From Macrostomum lignano (Eukaryota): DNA of 64,000 nt. Position 1 is the stretch's first letter. Each line of letters begins with the position of its first letter. The notes under the pieces were generated by a model. That model was not told where the DNA came from. It saw only the letters and a list, made by a program, of their open reading frames with translations, and did not search any database. Shown here in pieces: positions 10,783 to 23,488 of the stretch. A program made the translations under genes and the position numbers. The stretch is taken from contig NIVC01000851.1 in assembly GCA_002269645.1 (NCBI GenBank), forward strand, positions 126,846 to 190,845, given 5' to 3'.

Positions 10783-12342
10783 AGCTGCCATGGGGATAAG
10801 CTAAAAATTATCAACATGGATCTGTATGGATAAAATTGAAATTATTGGCATGGGACTGTGGGGATAAGCATTTCTTTTCTAGAAATCCTTGAATCCCCTT
10901 GATTCAATATTAGGCTTAAGCTAAATAGCCAAGTAGCATTTCAAGCATGCTTAGGCTTAGGCACAAACAACCATAGACCTAGATACCATAATAACTAGGA
11001 TATTATAGTATCTATAAGCACAATTTTAGGAATCACTTGAGCATTTTATTGGCAACACATATGCCCTATTGGAATATATGGACAAAATGTGTCTAACCAT
11101 TTGTCGCAATTTTGGAATTTTCTAGTAGTCGCATTGTGGCTAGAGTCATAGCAGGTGGTATTGTAGCATGGTACAGTTTTTGGGTAAATGGCAAGCATAA
11201 TTATAACTATCTTATTAAGGCTAAATGCCTTATTATCTAATTAGTATTACACTTGCATTTAGTATGAAAGTTAATATGTTTTGTGTTATATTGTATTTTA
11301 GAACTACAATTTAGACCCTATGTTGTGTTTATAGGTTTTTTATACTTATTTGAATAGGGCATGACATGTAAATCACTATTAAACTTGAACAAAATAGTAG
11401 TCACACAACTACTCTTAACCAATAGTTACATACATATGTTTGTTGCAAATAGAAACAGCTGGCTGATTTCCAAGGTTGCTTATGTATGATTTTAAGCAAG
11501 TAGTTCTAATAAGCACAATCATAAAAATGTTTAAAGTTCTTAGGCCAAATTTAAATTAAAAAATCCAAAAAATCTATATTGTTTAAAATTTAAAAAAGAA
11601 AAGCTTTTTTATAACTTAAAATAAAAATGACTCTAAAGTTTGGTCAACTATGACAATGTATTCTTATGATCTTATATATTGTAACTTTATACTTATCATT
11701 ACCTTAGGATCAAACTTTATTTAGGCATTACATAAGGCCCTATATGATTTACCATTTTTAGAGTATCTATATGGTTTTTAGATTAGTTTTAATAAGGAAA
11801 TTTCTAGCATATCTACAAATTTATATATTTTATTCAAATTAGTGCCATGGTACAAGGGGTGTCTCAGAAGTAGTGTTACTTTTACTTGTTTCCACAGGCA
11901 CAAGTATTAATGCGTGTTAAAAAAATCATATGCCTTAAAAGTTAGCAGCTTATTTTAGCTTTAATGCCACAAAAGTCCAATTTCTATAAGTGCTTCCTGC
12001 TGTAAGCAGCATGCATTTGTTTGCATACCCTCAGCCATAGAAATACACACTGCATAGTGCTTCTATTCTCACTCAAAAAAAAGCCACAAGTATAGCTGAT
12101 CAAGCACATAGTACTCTTATGGACAGTCAGGGCTAAGAGGAATTTGTCTATCTTTAGCTCTACTGCAGTGAAGCAGTCCAACAACCTGTTTCACTCTTTT
12201 GAAAGCATTTTAAAGTGCCTTTAAGTAAAACTTTGTTTAAATATCAATGGTATGACTAATTTAGTAGAGTTGTATTGCACCTCTTTTTCATATTTTTCCC
12301 TTTTAAAAACTATGCCGCATTGCCAGTCTTATTGACTGCCAT

Positions 12343-12488
12343 GGGAGCACAAGAATTTCCCGCAGGAATTTTTCCCACCAAGCTTTCCCCGCACGAGTTT
12401 TTCCCAAAAATTTTTCCCAAAACTCGGGGAAAACTCATGTGGGGAAAGCTCGGTGGGAAAAATTCCTGCAAGAAATTCTCATAGACCC
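12343..12488. mobile_element. Small palindromic MITE (GGG...CCC termini)
   Basis: ~50-bp imperfect inverted arms (12352-12479). Flanked by the direct repeat ACTGCCAT (12335-12342, 12490-12497). Confidence 0.6.
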
Positions 12489-12530
12489 AACTGCCATCTC
12501 CCTTATCCACTGGTAAACTGCAGAGTAAAA

Positions 12531-13320
12531 TAGTGATAGATCAAAATTATTTTTCAAATCAAAATTGAAATCAAAATTTTTGGTTCCTTAGAATCAAAAT
12601 CGAAATTGAAATCAAAATCAAAATTTTTGAGCTTAACAAATTTTTACTTTTTCGCTAATCATGCAAAAAGGTTAACACCTTGCCTCTGCATGTATGAGCT
12701 TACATGTTTTATAAAAAGTATCTTTGATATGTTTAAACCAGAATACTTAAGATTTAACTTACTTTAAAAATACAAAATAGAAAATGCTGGTGTATTATGT
12801 ATTATACACTTGTACATAGAAATATAGTAGAAGTTGTATTATACTTCACTGCTGTTTAAGCTGAAGATCTAGATACGAGTAGCCTAAATCCATTTCATTA
12901 AGGCTTTAAGTCTTTAGCCAATTAAAATCCATGCCAATGAGTTCAGCCAGTAGGCTTGTGGAGGTTGAGGTGGGTGCAGCACAAGGCCTGGAACAGTGTG
13001 TGCCCCGCACAATCTTTCTTGTAGAAAAGGCGATTCTCACCTCCCCACTGAGTCTTTGAACCGCACTTCCTTTCACTTCCTATAGATTTTCTTTCTCGTG
13101 TAGCATGATCATCAATGTCAAAATTGTTAAAATATAACCAAAATTTCGAAATGATTTTCGATGAATGGTGTCGAAATTCGAAATCGAAATCGAAATTATT
13201 TTGATGCAAAATTAGTTTCAAAATTCGGAATATCGAAATCAAAATCGAAATTATTTTGATGCAAAATTAGTTTCAAAATTCGGAATATCGAAATCAAAAT
13301 CGAATTTCGATCCATCACTA
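12531..13320. mobile_element. hAT-type non-autonomous element with GAAATCAAAATC subterminal repeats
   Basis: TIR TAGTGAT(A/G)GATC and perfect 8-bp TSD GAGTAAAA (12523-12530, 13321-13328). Confidence 0.85.
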
Positions 13321-13879
13321 GAGTAAAAGTTATTCCAAAATACTCTGCAATGTATGTACTCTGCAGGTATGTATACTCTGCCCTATTGGCTGACCCTTGG
13401 TCTGGGGAAATGAGTAGGGTGAGCGGTGCAAACAACAGAAAAAGCAGACAAGCTTCACATGCTTACAGTTTATGTTCTCATTGGGTTATAGAGTTGAGAC
13501 TTTACAATAATTAGACTGAGAATAAGTCAATAAATAATTGTGTCAAGTTTGAAGTCAATTGCTTTACGTGGAGCAAACTTATGGCAGCCAAAAGTTAGTC
13601 AATTTTAAAACCCCTTTTCCACATCTTGCCAGATAAGGGAAGGAAAGAGAGGCGGAGTTTGGGTTAGCTAGCTGCCTTGCTTACAAAAACAGCCTAACTT
13701 TAAAAGTGCACAGTGCCGTTCAGGATTAACTCTGAGACTCGAAATTTTATATGATTGTGTCAAAGTGGTTGAAGATTGTTTTTGTCATATTTGAAGAGAA
13801 TTAGTAAAAGTGGAGCGACGCTATAAAGAATTTAGTGAAAAGAATCGTGCTTAGCATTTTTTAAGTAGGAAGAGCTTCG

Positions 13880-14890
13880 GAGAGAAGGACTGAAGGCAGA
13901 GGCCTTGGTGCTCCTCTAACCAATGATGTTTACCATGGTCCATTTGTTGGCCTCCTTGCCAAAAGCATGCAATTTATCACTGGTGACATTATTGGTCACA
14001 CAGTGTATGCGCTATGCCTGAATGACCCAAATGCTTTCCCACCCACTGACTGTTGGGTGAGCCTCACTGGTGCAACGCTGAAACTCTCCTGTTCTGGCAA
14101 TGGCATCTGTGGGGGCAGCGTCATATTGTCTAGCAGCGGGGGTGGTGACACGTTGCTATGGTGGTGAAAAACTTATGCAGCTCATTCCTGTGCTTGTCCA
14201 CAGAGTTGCCTGCCAGGTTTAGCAGAAAGCGCCACTTTTGCCCTAGATCAGAGCGTTGATGGTGGACTATGCCTGCAATCCCTGGCATCACATAGTGGCA
14301 GCAATGGTCCAAATGGCATTGTCAAAAGCAGCCTACTCGCGCTACAGATAGACAGCTGCCAAGGCTTTCTCTGCTTTGTGGGTTGGTTGCCTGCTTTAGT
14401 GTAGCCTCTTGAGTTCTTCTCTCGCTTGTTGAATTGCGGGGTTATTCTGCTATATCAATTGCCCACATTGGGTTGTCGCATCAGTGGGACTGTCCATTCT
14501 GTGGTAGCTCCACACTCAGTATCCTCAGGCACCTCCACACTTACCACCAAGTGCATTGATGAAAGCATTAGCAAAGAAGCTTGTGTATGTGTTAGCATTC
14601 CTGAGCACGTGGTAGTGGCGCCCCAGTGGTCACTGCTGGATGGTAGATCAGATTGCAAAGACAGATTGAAGACAAGGAGTCGATGATTGGACCATAGAGC
14701 CAGCGGCGTGATGTCGTGGCGTTGGCGGCACTCATGAAGGTGCACAAGCAAATGATTAAGTTGCACTTGCCTCCGTGTTGTGCTCCAGCCATGTGCGTTC
14801 TTCCATCTGCGCTTGCAGCCCACAAAAGTTACAATGGTTGAATGAAGGTTATAATGTGCTTTGACCGTGACCACAATAGGGCACATGGAT
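13880..14890 (-). pseudogene. Decayed RTE-like LINE ORF2 fragment (APE C-terminus to RT start)
   Basis: Across several frames: TFVGCKRR...QLNHLLV...WSNHRLLVFNLSL (APE end, SDH-like), IQQAREELKR, NLAGNSVDKHRNELHKFF, PPPLLDNMTLPP...GGKAFG (pre-RT). Many frameshifts and stops. Confidence 0.65.
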
Positions 14891-15230
14891 AGTAATAGTG
14901 TAGAGTAAGCACTCTAATTATATATTATCTGTGAATTAGATGAAATCAATATTTTTTAGATTAAAGAAGGTTGAGATTTTAGCTATTCTTTTATCTTAAT
15001 TTCTAGAATTTCAAGATAATAAGATTGAAATCAAGATATTGGGTTTATAGAAATGAACATCCATCGAAGTGCAAAAGAATGTTTCATTCATCTGTAAAAT
15101 CCTGTATTAGTGTACAAATTTTCTTTGTACTAGTTACTTGTGTCATAATTCAATTTTACTGCATTAACTTGTTAATAACATTGCAGAGCTACACCTGTTC
15201 TGTAGAGCCATACAATAAAAGGCCTCGTCT

Positions 15231-15701
15231 ATGACAGAGAAATCGGAACAGTTAGAAGCAGCTCAAAGCAGACGCAGACAAGAGGCAATTGATGCCATCT
15301 CCAAAGAGTCAGAGCGTCGAAAATGTTGCGCAGAAGTTTCTGGAGTGTCCGGTTGGATTCGACCGCGCCTGACTGTCAATCAGACTTTTCTGAGGCGCAC
15401 CCTGGGCTCTGCAATTGTTTCAAACTGCCGAAGTTCTCAAACAGGACCAGGTAGGCTTGAAAAACGGCCAGGTCACCCAGAGACACGTGAAAGATCTACA
15501 AAACGCGTGAGAACGTCGGATTACCCGGATCAAAGGTGCAAAATCTCCTCGGATAAGCTTTACAGAAAGCGAGAGGATACGTTGAATGAGGAAGCAGTAC
15601 TTTCAAAACATACAAGATTGTCATCTGCTGGGCTCCAATCAGACTCAGATACAGTCAAGGATACTAGACCCACTGGTCATCGGAAGTTACCTAACATGTA
15701 A
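15231..15701 (+). CDS. POLR1D-isoform-2-like uncharacterised protein (156 aa, single coding exon)
   Basis: RRQEAIDAISKESERRKCCAEVSGVSGWIRPRLTVNQTFLRRTL aligns by eye with the recalled N-terminus of human POLR1D isoform 2 (ERKAIEELLKEAKRGKTRAETMGPMGWMKCPLASTNKRFLINTI). A basic, disordered tail follows. Confidence 0.6.
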   Translation: MTEKSEQLEAAQSRRRQEAIDAISKESERRKCCAEVSGVSGWIRPRLTVNQTFLRRTLGSAIVSNCRSSQTGPGRLEKRPGHPETRERSTKRVRTSDYPDQRCKISSDKLYRKREDTLNEEAVLSKHTRLSSAGLQSDSDTVKDTRPTGHRKLPNM

Positions 15702-16019
15702 CATGCTAATACAAAACTAAGATATCGTGATAGTCTATAAATGTCTGTGTTCGGGTTTTTCATTTCCATTGTAAATTTCTAATGTGCCCTGTGAATGAAT
15801 ACTTGGGAAATTGTGCTTTATTTGTGTAACAAATATACTGCTGTTACTACTTTCAGTGTCTTTACTACGTTTAGCAATACAAAAACGAAGATTCAAGTTT
15901 TGATAATCTGATTTTTTGTGTCAGTCACAGTGCTGTTTTGGATCCTTCGTCTCAAATAGAATGTCAAATGGAAAACCAGAATTGCCAGCTGCCAGGATTT
16001 TAGCACGAATTTTCGCGTA

Positions 16020-16560
16020 GAAATTAAGTATGTCGCCCATCTCCGGCCAGAGCATCGGCCAGGTGCCAACGGAGCCGCCATCAGGCCTGATAGCGCGGCG
16101 CAACCAGGCTGGCGACTTACAGGGGACGAAGTAGTCAGGAGGCCTCTTTAATGCGCGTTGCAAAAAGCTCCGCGCCAGTGCTGGTCGGACCCACCAGGAC
16201 TCGCGGCCTTCCAAGCCGGAGCCTCGAGGGCCAGTGATTTCTCACAACTCGGCTTCCCGCAATGCACGCACAATGGGCACGCACCCAAGGAGACAAGTCG
16301 GCCGCATCTTCAAAACAATTGCAGATTCGGGTCGCCACCTTCAATGCCCGCACTCTCAGTCAGACATGGAGACTGCAGGAGCTGACAAGGCAACATCTCC
16401 ATCCTGGCAGGTCAAGAACATCGGCGGCAGAACCCTGACGAGACTGTGGATCTGGCCTAAGCTGGCAATTCAAGGCTGCCCCAGCCACTCCACAGGAAAC
16501 TGGAGGTATCGGCTTCCTGCTGTCGCCCGCCGCATCCAGAGCGCTGCTGGACATCAGGTA
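16020..16560 (+). pseudogene. 5' fragment of an RTE-like LINE (APE N-terminus)
   Basis: From ~16313, across frameshifts: IRVATFNARTLSQTWRLQEL, NISILAGQEHRR, WQFKAAPATPQETGGIGFLLSPAASRALLDI. These are the WNVR/QE/GVG motifs of APE domains. Confidence 0.7.
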
Positions 16561-17183
16561 TTTATCTACGTGCCAATAAACTCTAAAGAATGTTACGTTT
16601 AAAGTATGCTAATACGGGTGGTTGAAGTAGATGGAATGTTTAATATTGATGTGTTATAGAAAAATGAAGATGATGGGAGAAGTTATGAAAAAATAATTTT
16701 GTTGATTTAGTTACACAATAAATGGACTTAATAAGCAGAGGTCAAATGTAGTCATAGGCAATATACATAATTTGAAGCGAATGGTAGATAAAAAGTAATG
16801 TACAGATAATTCGTGTGTTGGTAACGTTATCACTATCAGTGCGTAATTATTGGGAACCACTGCAGTCCGGAGTCTGTGACTGCTTTGTTAGTGATTGTTG
16901 GAGCTTATCAGAAATTTTATAAAAAAAACAATCGACTGTAGTGCGACGCAAAATATTTGTTAAAAATAAAATACCAAAAACATTTGCGCCCATGGAACAG
17001 CTTTGGAGCAGGTCACAGCCGGCCGCGAGGGCCGCGAACACCAGAAATGAGACCTCTTAAAGCTTCCGATTCACTGAACAATAAAAAGAAACAATAAGTA
17101 TTGGTAATTCACAGTCGCTTGTGCTGCAACCTTTATTTCGCTCCTAATCTGTGTTTTAGTCTTTTAAGATTATGTCCCCATCT

Positions 17184-20100
17184 TCAAGCCTGCACTAGAT
17201 TTTCGGGTTGATCCACGCGACTCTCACCGTCTTGAATGAAGAAAGTCACTGCGGACGTTGAAGAAGTTGACGCCCAGTTAGTGCTGTTGCTACATGCAAC
17301 TGTTAGGCGGTCGCTGTCTCGGCGGCGACTTCTATGCGTCTTAGCCGTCTTTGGTGTGGGACCCCAGAATCGGCTGCCGAGGCTCAACGAACCGCCCGGA
17401 TTTCCATGCTCCTTGATGCGCCTATGAAGCAACCCTGAGCCTGTTGCAGCTGTGGTGCTGGCATTTCTTGTCACAGATGGTGAAGAGGCCATGTGGCCTC
17501 TCCGCCGGTGAAATGACAGCTCCGATAAGCGAACGCCGTTGCTGTCCCCGTTGGGTCTGTCTGTTTTCTTTGCTGAAGTTCGCGACCAGCAGCATTGGCA
17601 GCATCCAGCACGATAGTCCTCGTCTCTTTCGCCATTATTTTCTTCTTCAGCGCCAGTGGACGTGGAGTTCTCTATTGCGACAGTGGAGACGGGTTCAAAG
17701 CCTGGTGGGCGCCATCGCTGACGGCGGCGCTGACGCTGGCTGCTGCGCTTCTTCATCAACTGACCGAGGCTGCGCGTGTTGGCGCCACGAAACTCGCCAA
17801 CGGCTGCTGCTGCCGTAGCAGCCGCCGCCATCGCCGCTGCCACCGATTCCTCGCGTGGCGGCACCAGCGACTGAGTGCGCTTGTCGAACATCAGGCTGGC
17901 GCCGATGTCGTGTTCAACCAGATCAGCTCCGAGCTCTTCGTGCTCAATGGACACGCGCAGGCCCATGATGAGGTCGATAGCCTTTAAAAGTAGGAATGAT
18001 GTCACAGCCGTCCAGCCAACTATGGCGAGTACGGCGACAGTCTGGATGCCTAGCAATTTGAAGCCGCCACCCTAAATTTTTAAGAGATGAACATTTTTCA
18101 ACGCTGTACTTCTCTTAATTGTACAATAGTTTAACTCACATAAAAGAGTCCGTCGTGTCTAGTGGTGATTCGAAGCACAGACCAATCTGGATCCTGGTGC
18201 GCCATCAGGCCAGGTGTGAGCAAGCTCCACACCGCCGCAGAGAAGTGTACCGCAATCACTCCTGAAAGGTTTGTTTGCTTAGTACGAGTTATTTTGTCCG
18301 ACATCAGATGTACGATCGCAATGCATAGCATTCATTAGCAATACCTAACCTACCAACTGGATCGTCGATCTGCAGCTTGAGGACCACATTCTCGGTTAGG
18401 CATGCCAGAAGGGCGCCCACCACACCAATGAGGAAGCCCTGCCAGGGCTCTGCCAGCGCACACATCGCTGCATTTTGATGAAATTCGGGTAAAACAGCTA
18501 TGGATAACCTTGCCATTTTTATACACTGGTTGTCAAACTATACAGTAGCAAAAAAGCATGTGAATCGCACCTGTGATGGCCACCAGACTAGCCAAGATGC
18601 TATTCACGATTAGGCTGATGTGAAACTTCCGTCGGCGAGTCAGGTAACTGAATATCATGCCAACCATGCCGCCGCCCATTGAAGCAATGATTGTGGAGAC
18701 TGCAGATCTACATACGGTTGAGATACGGTGATGGTTTACACTTAATGTTTCTCACTGAACTTGTTGACCTGTGATTACGGGGGTGTTTTTATAGCCCCAG
18801 ACTTTACAATTCCAAAAGTGGTCATTTGACTTCAGAACTTGATTTTTGATGGGACAATTGAAAAGTGTCGTATCACTGTGCCATACAATAGCGTGCAAAA
18901 ATAGGGAATATGAAGTTGCTTTGTCTTGCATGCCTTAAAAATATCTGGATACAGATGTAGGTGTCATAGGGAAGTAAATTTTCAGAAGTATGAAATTAAG
19001 GGACATGTAGTTTTTAAGTCGGATGTCATTGCAAGATATGAAATTAGAGTAGAAAACGCTCCCGTGCTAAACGTATTTTCAGATTCCCAAATTTCGACAA
19101 ATAAAGGCTATACAAGCATACTTGTACGAGTATCAGAAGTCGCTTAGGTTAACCAGTTTCTGTCTTGTATTTGGTATTCAGAAGGAAATTACAGTAAAAA
19201 AATATAAAGCCGCAAACCTTGCCGCAAGTTTCCACTTTTCGCCACTGATGCCGAAGGTTGAGCCGCAGTTGAAGCCCAACCAGCCCCACCTGCACGGATG
19301 AAAAATTGAACCAATGCATATATTAAGTATTCTGTTTCGCGTATTAGAGTTTTGACTCTAAGCTAAATCATTTATGCACTATTATAAGTTGACTTTTAAA
19401 AGTCATTCGCGGCCTTGAAACTGTGCTGTTGGCATGTGCTTTACCCGGGTTCATAGAAACTTTAAATCGATTCATTTATGGTGCATTATTGTCACAGGTT
19501 TAATATCCACTCCTACTGACAAGGGCACGCTTCGACCAAAGACTAAGGCTGCCCATATATTTCTAAGTACAAGCAATTGTATATCCGATCACTATAGAAC
19601 AGCATGTTAAAAACGAGCAACTCAGCCAGCTCCCTCATTACAGGTACATGGCAGAAAGGCAAAAGCAAGCAGCAAGTGAACACAAACGCCAGCTAGAGGC
19701 TGAACTAGCCAAAATGCAAATGAAAAGGGCCGACAGGCGCTGCCAGAGCCTAGACTCACCAGAGCATGAACATTCCCAACAGAGCGTTGGTCGGGCTGCC
19801 CATCTGTGGAAAACTATCGGAGAATCTGTGCCGCCTCGGCTTCAGCATTAGAGTCGCTACCATGCCGGTTGTGCCGCCCACCAAGTGCACCGGTCCGGCG
19901 CCGGCTATGTCCATGCAGCTCATCTCGTACAGGAAGCCTTCCTCGGCCCACATCCAGTGCGCCGGGAAGCAAAAGATGAAGGTGTTAAAAAAGCTGAATA
20001 GCATGTAGGACTCGAGTTTTGTCCGCTCAGCCATCGCTCCGGACACAATCGTTGTCGAGGTTGTCGCAAACGACGCCTGAAAGAAGAATTTGGAGTACAG

Positions 20101-22621
20101 CCAGCCCGTGTCGTTCCTGTGCGCCATCACCATGAAGTTGCCCCAGCCGCAGAACTGGTTGGCCATGTCGTCGTTGCCGAAAGAGAATGAATAGCCGGCT
20201 AGCCAATAGGAGAAGCCACCGAACACCACGTCCGCAACGTTCTTCACCATAATGTTGACCTCGTTTTTGGCCGTGCACGAGCCGGACTCAAGCAGACCAA
20301 ATCCTAGTGGAGTTCATAGGGTACAGGTTGTAGTTCGATGCACGTTGAACATGCATGGTCAAGTCGTGCATGATGGTAATTTGTACAAATTGGTTGGCCG
20401 CATTACTGTACTCGTAACTCTGCGTTCTACGCTTCCCAACAGCCAACACTAAACGTTTGAGAGATCAATACGTCTCACCGCTTTGCATCGTGAAAATGCT
20501 GAATGTTGACGATAATATCCATATAGCGTCACTTTGCAGCTCCCGAACAAGTGGCGCCTGAGTTGCTGTCGAGGACATGTTTTCACGGAGCCTTTGCTTC
20601 GTCTTTCTTGGCTGCTCTAGAAAATTTCTCGCTAGACTGGGCAACAAACCCCTACACCTGTATATTTCCGTTTCCTTCTTTCTTGTTTTGTTTCCAGGCT
20701 GATTGGCTCGGAGTGATCAACAAACGTCTCATCTTACACTATCACCTGTTGCCAGGTGCAGTCTTGGGTATAGTCTTTTGCATCATCCCCTTTCATCCCA
20801 CTTTGGTGCAGTCGAAATCTTTCTCTTCATACTTCACAATGACAAAATTATTCATTTCCCCAGAGGTATCTCGCTCTTAGCTCTCGATCTTATCCCTTTG
20901 CTGATGCAGTTGTTATTTGTGGTGCTTTTGAAGACTTTCATTTTGGGCAAAGGTTTAAAACCAAAAGTAAACCACAGATTACTACTAAGTCAAAATGAAA
21001 AAGGAAAGATTTGGGAGTATTTGGGAGTAGGATCGTAGCTATTGGATATTTGATGAGAATTTCACAGCTTAATGAATCCTAGTTATCAGGTCTGCAGAAG
21101 TTATTTCTTTAAATATCGATCGTTATGGGTAGGGTATTTGTTTTGAAACGCGATTGAAACCGCAGATTCATCTATATTAGTTAGATGTCAATCCAGCATT
21201 CCAGGTTAGGGCCACTGACACCAGCCGTCGCTGGTAGTGCTTGAGAGGAGCAGAAGCTATAGGACCATGGTCTGAACCCCTGGGTTTTCGCGCTGCAACC
21301 AGGAATATAAAATCTGTGATTGAATCGCTCTAAATTTATCCGCCGTCACTATAGACACTCGTGCGCTTGATGCAGAATTCTTGGAAAGACCATGACCACT
21401 CTCATTGAGCTCTTGGCGTAGATATTTGACTGTTAAGGCAAGAAGACGTCGAAAAAAGACAGAATTAGAGGAAGCTATATACTGTAGATGACTGTGCAGC
21501 AAGTCCTAATAGGGGTTGGGTTGGGAATTATTAATAACACAAGTTAGAGCAGTATACTGAAGCGTCTTATCAGTATTGGATACTGATGTGTCCTATGCAC
21601 TGATTATAACATTTTTGTATGCGTGTAGTATGAAATAATGGCAAGAGGAAATTTGACAGACAGAGTGTAAAATCTCCATCGTGAATAATCACACTCGGGA
21701 AGTTTGTCTTATGAAAATAGCTAGCTGCGTGATTGTGATATGATGTCATGATATCCGGGGCTTTTTGTGTTTTTATATAGCAGAACATATTCATGTCTTT
21801 ATACTCTCGCAAATTAAGTAATTTTAGTATGCGTTAAGATTATCGTAAATAACAAAACGAAACAAAAATACACCTCTAAAAAGTCTTACCCCTCTATCAA
21901 TAGGGTTTTTTGGTAAGTGGACGAAAGTAAGAATACCACAAAATGAAAAGATCCTATATATTATCCATATTTCAGAAGTTGGTGTTTAGTATATTCTGAC
22001 TAGCAATCTGCGCCCCCCCCCCCCAACGAGGGGGCAACAAAGAAAGGGATAATAAATTTTAATTAAAAATTCTGAATTTCCATTAGGCTTTTAAATATCC
22101 AAAATTTCCCTTAGTAATATTGTTCATTTTCAACTTCCAGCTTTACTTTTGCTTGCGTTAGTGCCTATAAAAATAATTAGACACGAACCGCTCTGCATTG
22201 TGAAGATGATGAAGGCCGAGGTCAGCACCCAGATTGCGTCAGCTTCGCCGCTAATTCCAGCCTTGTACATTGGCGAATAATAGTGCAGATTGTGGGGGTC
22301 GCTTTCATCGTTTCCGGCTTCTGTTAAGGCACCGGCGGCTGCGCCTTGAAGTGACATATCGAGCTGGGAAGAGTGGTTGTTGCTGTTGTCGTTGTTGTAC
22401 ACTGCTGTCACGACGATGCTAGACCAGTTCCGACCGGCTGGGCTCTTGTCTGAATGCGCGCAAAATGAAGCTATGCGGTCGACTTTTTCCAGACCCGTCT
22501 CTCTTCCCCTCAAGCCTCCCGCATCATCATTTCTTCCCAATCTGACTGCCCGGTAAAGCGGATTCGTGCAAAAAATTGAGCTGGAGAGGCAGACAGTAAA
22601 AGGAACTGCAGAAGCCGCCAA
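17184..22621 (-). CDS. amt: Ammonium transporter (Amt family) with two alternative first coding exons
   Basis: Exon 1a is 22621-22189 and exon 1b is 20578-20479. Common exons are 20303-19760, 19289-19218, 18707-18571, 18467-18354, 18261-18140 and 18071-17184. All junctions are GT-AG and in phase (769 or 658 aa). Motifs: TMQSGFGLLESG, KNEVNIMVKN, GAMAER, DIAGAGPVH, WLGFNCGS, IDDPVG, AVH. Confidence 0.95.
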
Positions 22622-23004
22622 ATCAGCTTTGAATGCTTATTTTAGGATGGCCGCGGTGCAAGACGCTCCAAGACAGCCAGTGGATTAGCGAGTTCGCATT
22701 TGGAAAGTATGAGTAGTCCAATTTGAACTGTCCGAGTCTGAGTTGAACCGTGTATACTACCTATGAAAAAGTTTTTACTGTTTTTTTATTATTTTTTAGT
22801 ATTTTGAGTTTTATTGTATATACACTCACTGCATCTGCAGCTTCTTTTCAAATTAGCTAACTAGCCCACTTGGACCCTTTGACCTATTTTCTGTTAGAGT
22901 TAAATGCTTCAGGCTGGGGCAGGTACACTTTTCTGAAAACTGCACACTTAGGACCTTGCAAATTTGAACCCCTTAACCTGATTTCTTTGAATCTGTAATA
23001 TGGG

Positions 23005-23005
23005 C

Positions 23006-23060
<55 letters not shown>

Positions 23061-23063
23061 GTC

Positions 23064-23116
<53 letters not shown>

Positions 23117-23119
23117 CTA

Positions 23120-23160
<41 letters not shown>

Positions 23161-23203
23161 CTAAGACAGACAGACAGACAGACAGACAGACACTAAGACA
23201 CTA

Positions 23204-23240
<37 letters not shown>

Positions 23241-23255
23241 CTAAGAAAGACAGGC

Positions 23256-23318
<63 letters not shown>

Positions 23319-23399
23319 TACTAAGACAGACAGACAGACAGACAGACAGACACTAAGACAGACTGACAGACAGACAGACAGACACTAAGACAGACAGGC

Positions 23400-23458
<59 letters not shown>

Positions 23459-23488
23459 TACTAAGACAGACAGACAGACAGACAGACA
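23005..23488. repeat. (GACA)n microsatellite with interspersed GACACTAA variants
   Basis: Direct reading of the array. Confidence 0.95.

Larger units (their letters stand above)
9340..10880. mobile_element. MITE with ~100-bp TIRs, copy 2 (inverted relative to copy 1, carries two nested insertions)
   Basis: 9445-9720 plus 10410-10508 are the diverged reverse complement of 6780-7100. TIR units lie at ~9340-9445 and ~10783-10880. Confidence 0.55.

Noticed and set aside
12943-13100. hAT dimerisation-domain remnant inside the 12531-13320 element (GEVRIAFSTRKIV)
   Set aside because: The similarity to the SERxFS motif is too weak and is interrupted by stops.
16080-16140. Hammerhead ribozyme in the RTE-like 5' region (CTGATAG...GACGAAG)
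   Set aside because: It lacks the CUGAnGA and GAAA cores, and I could not build the three stems.
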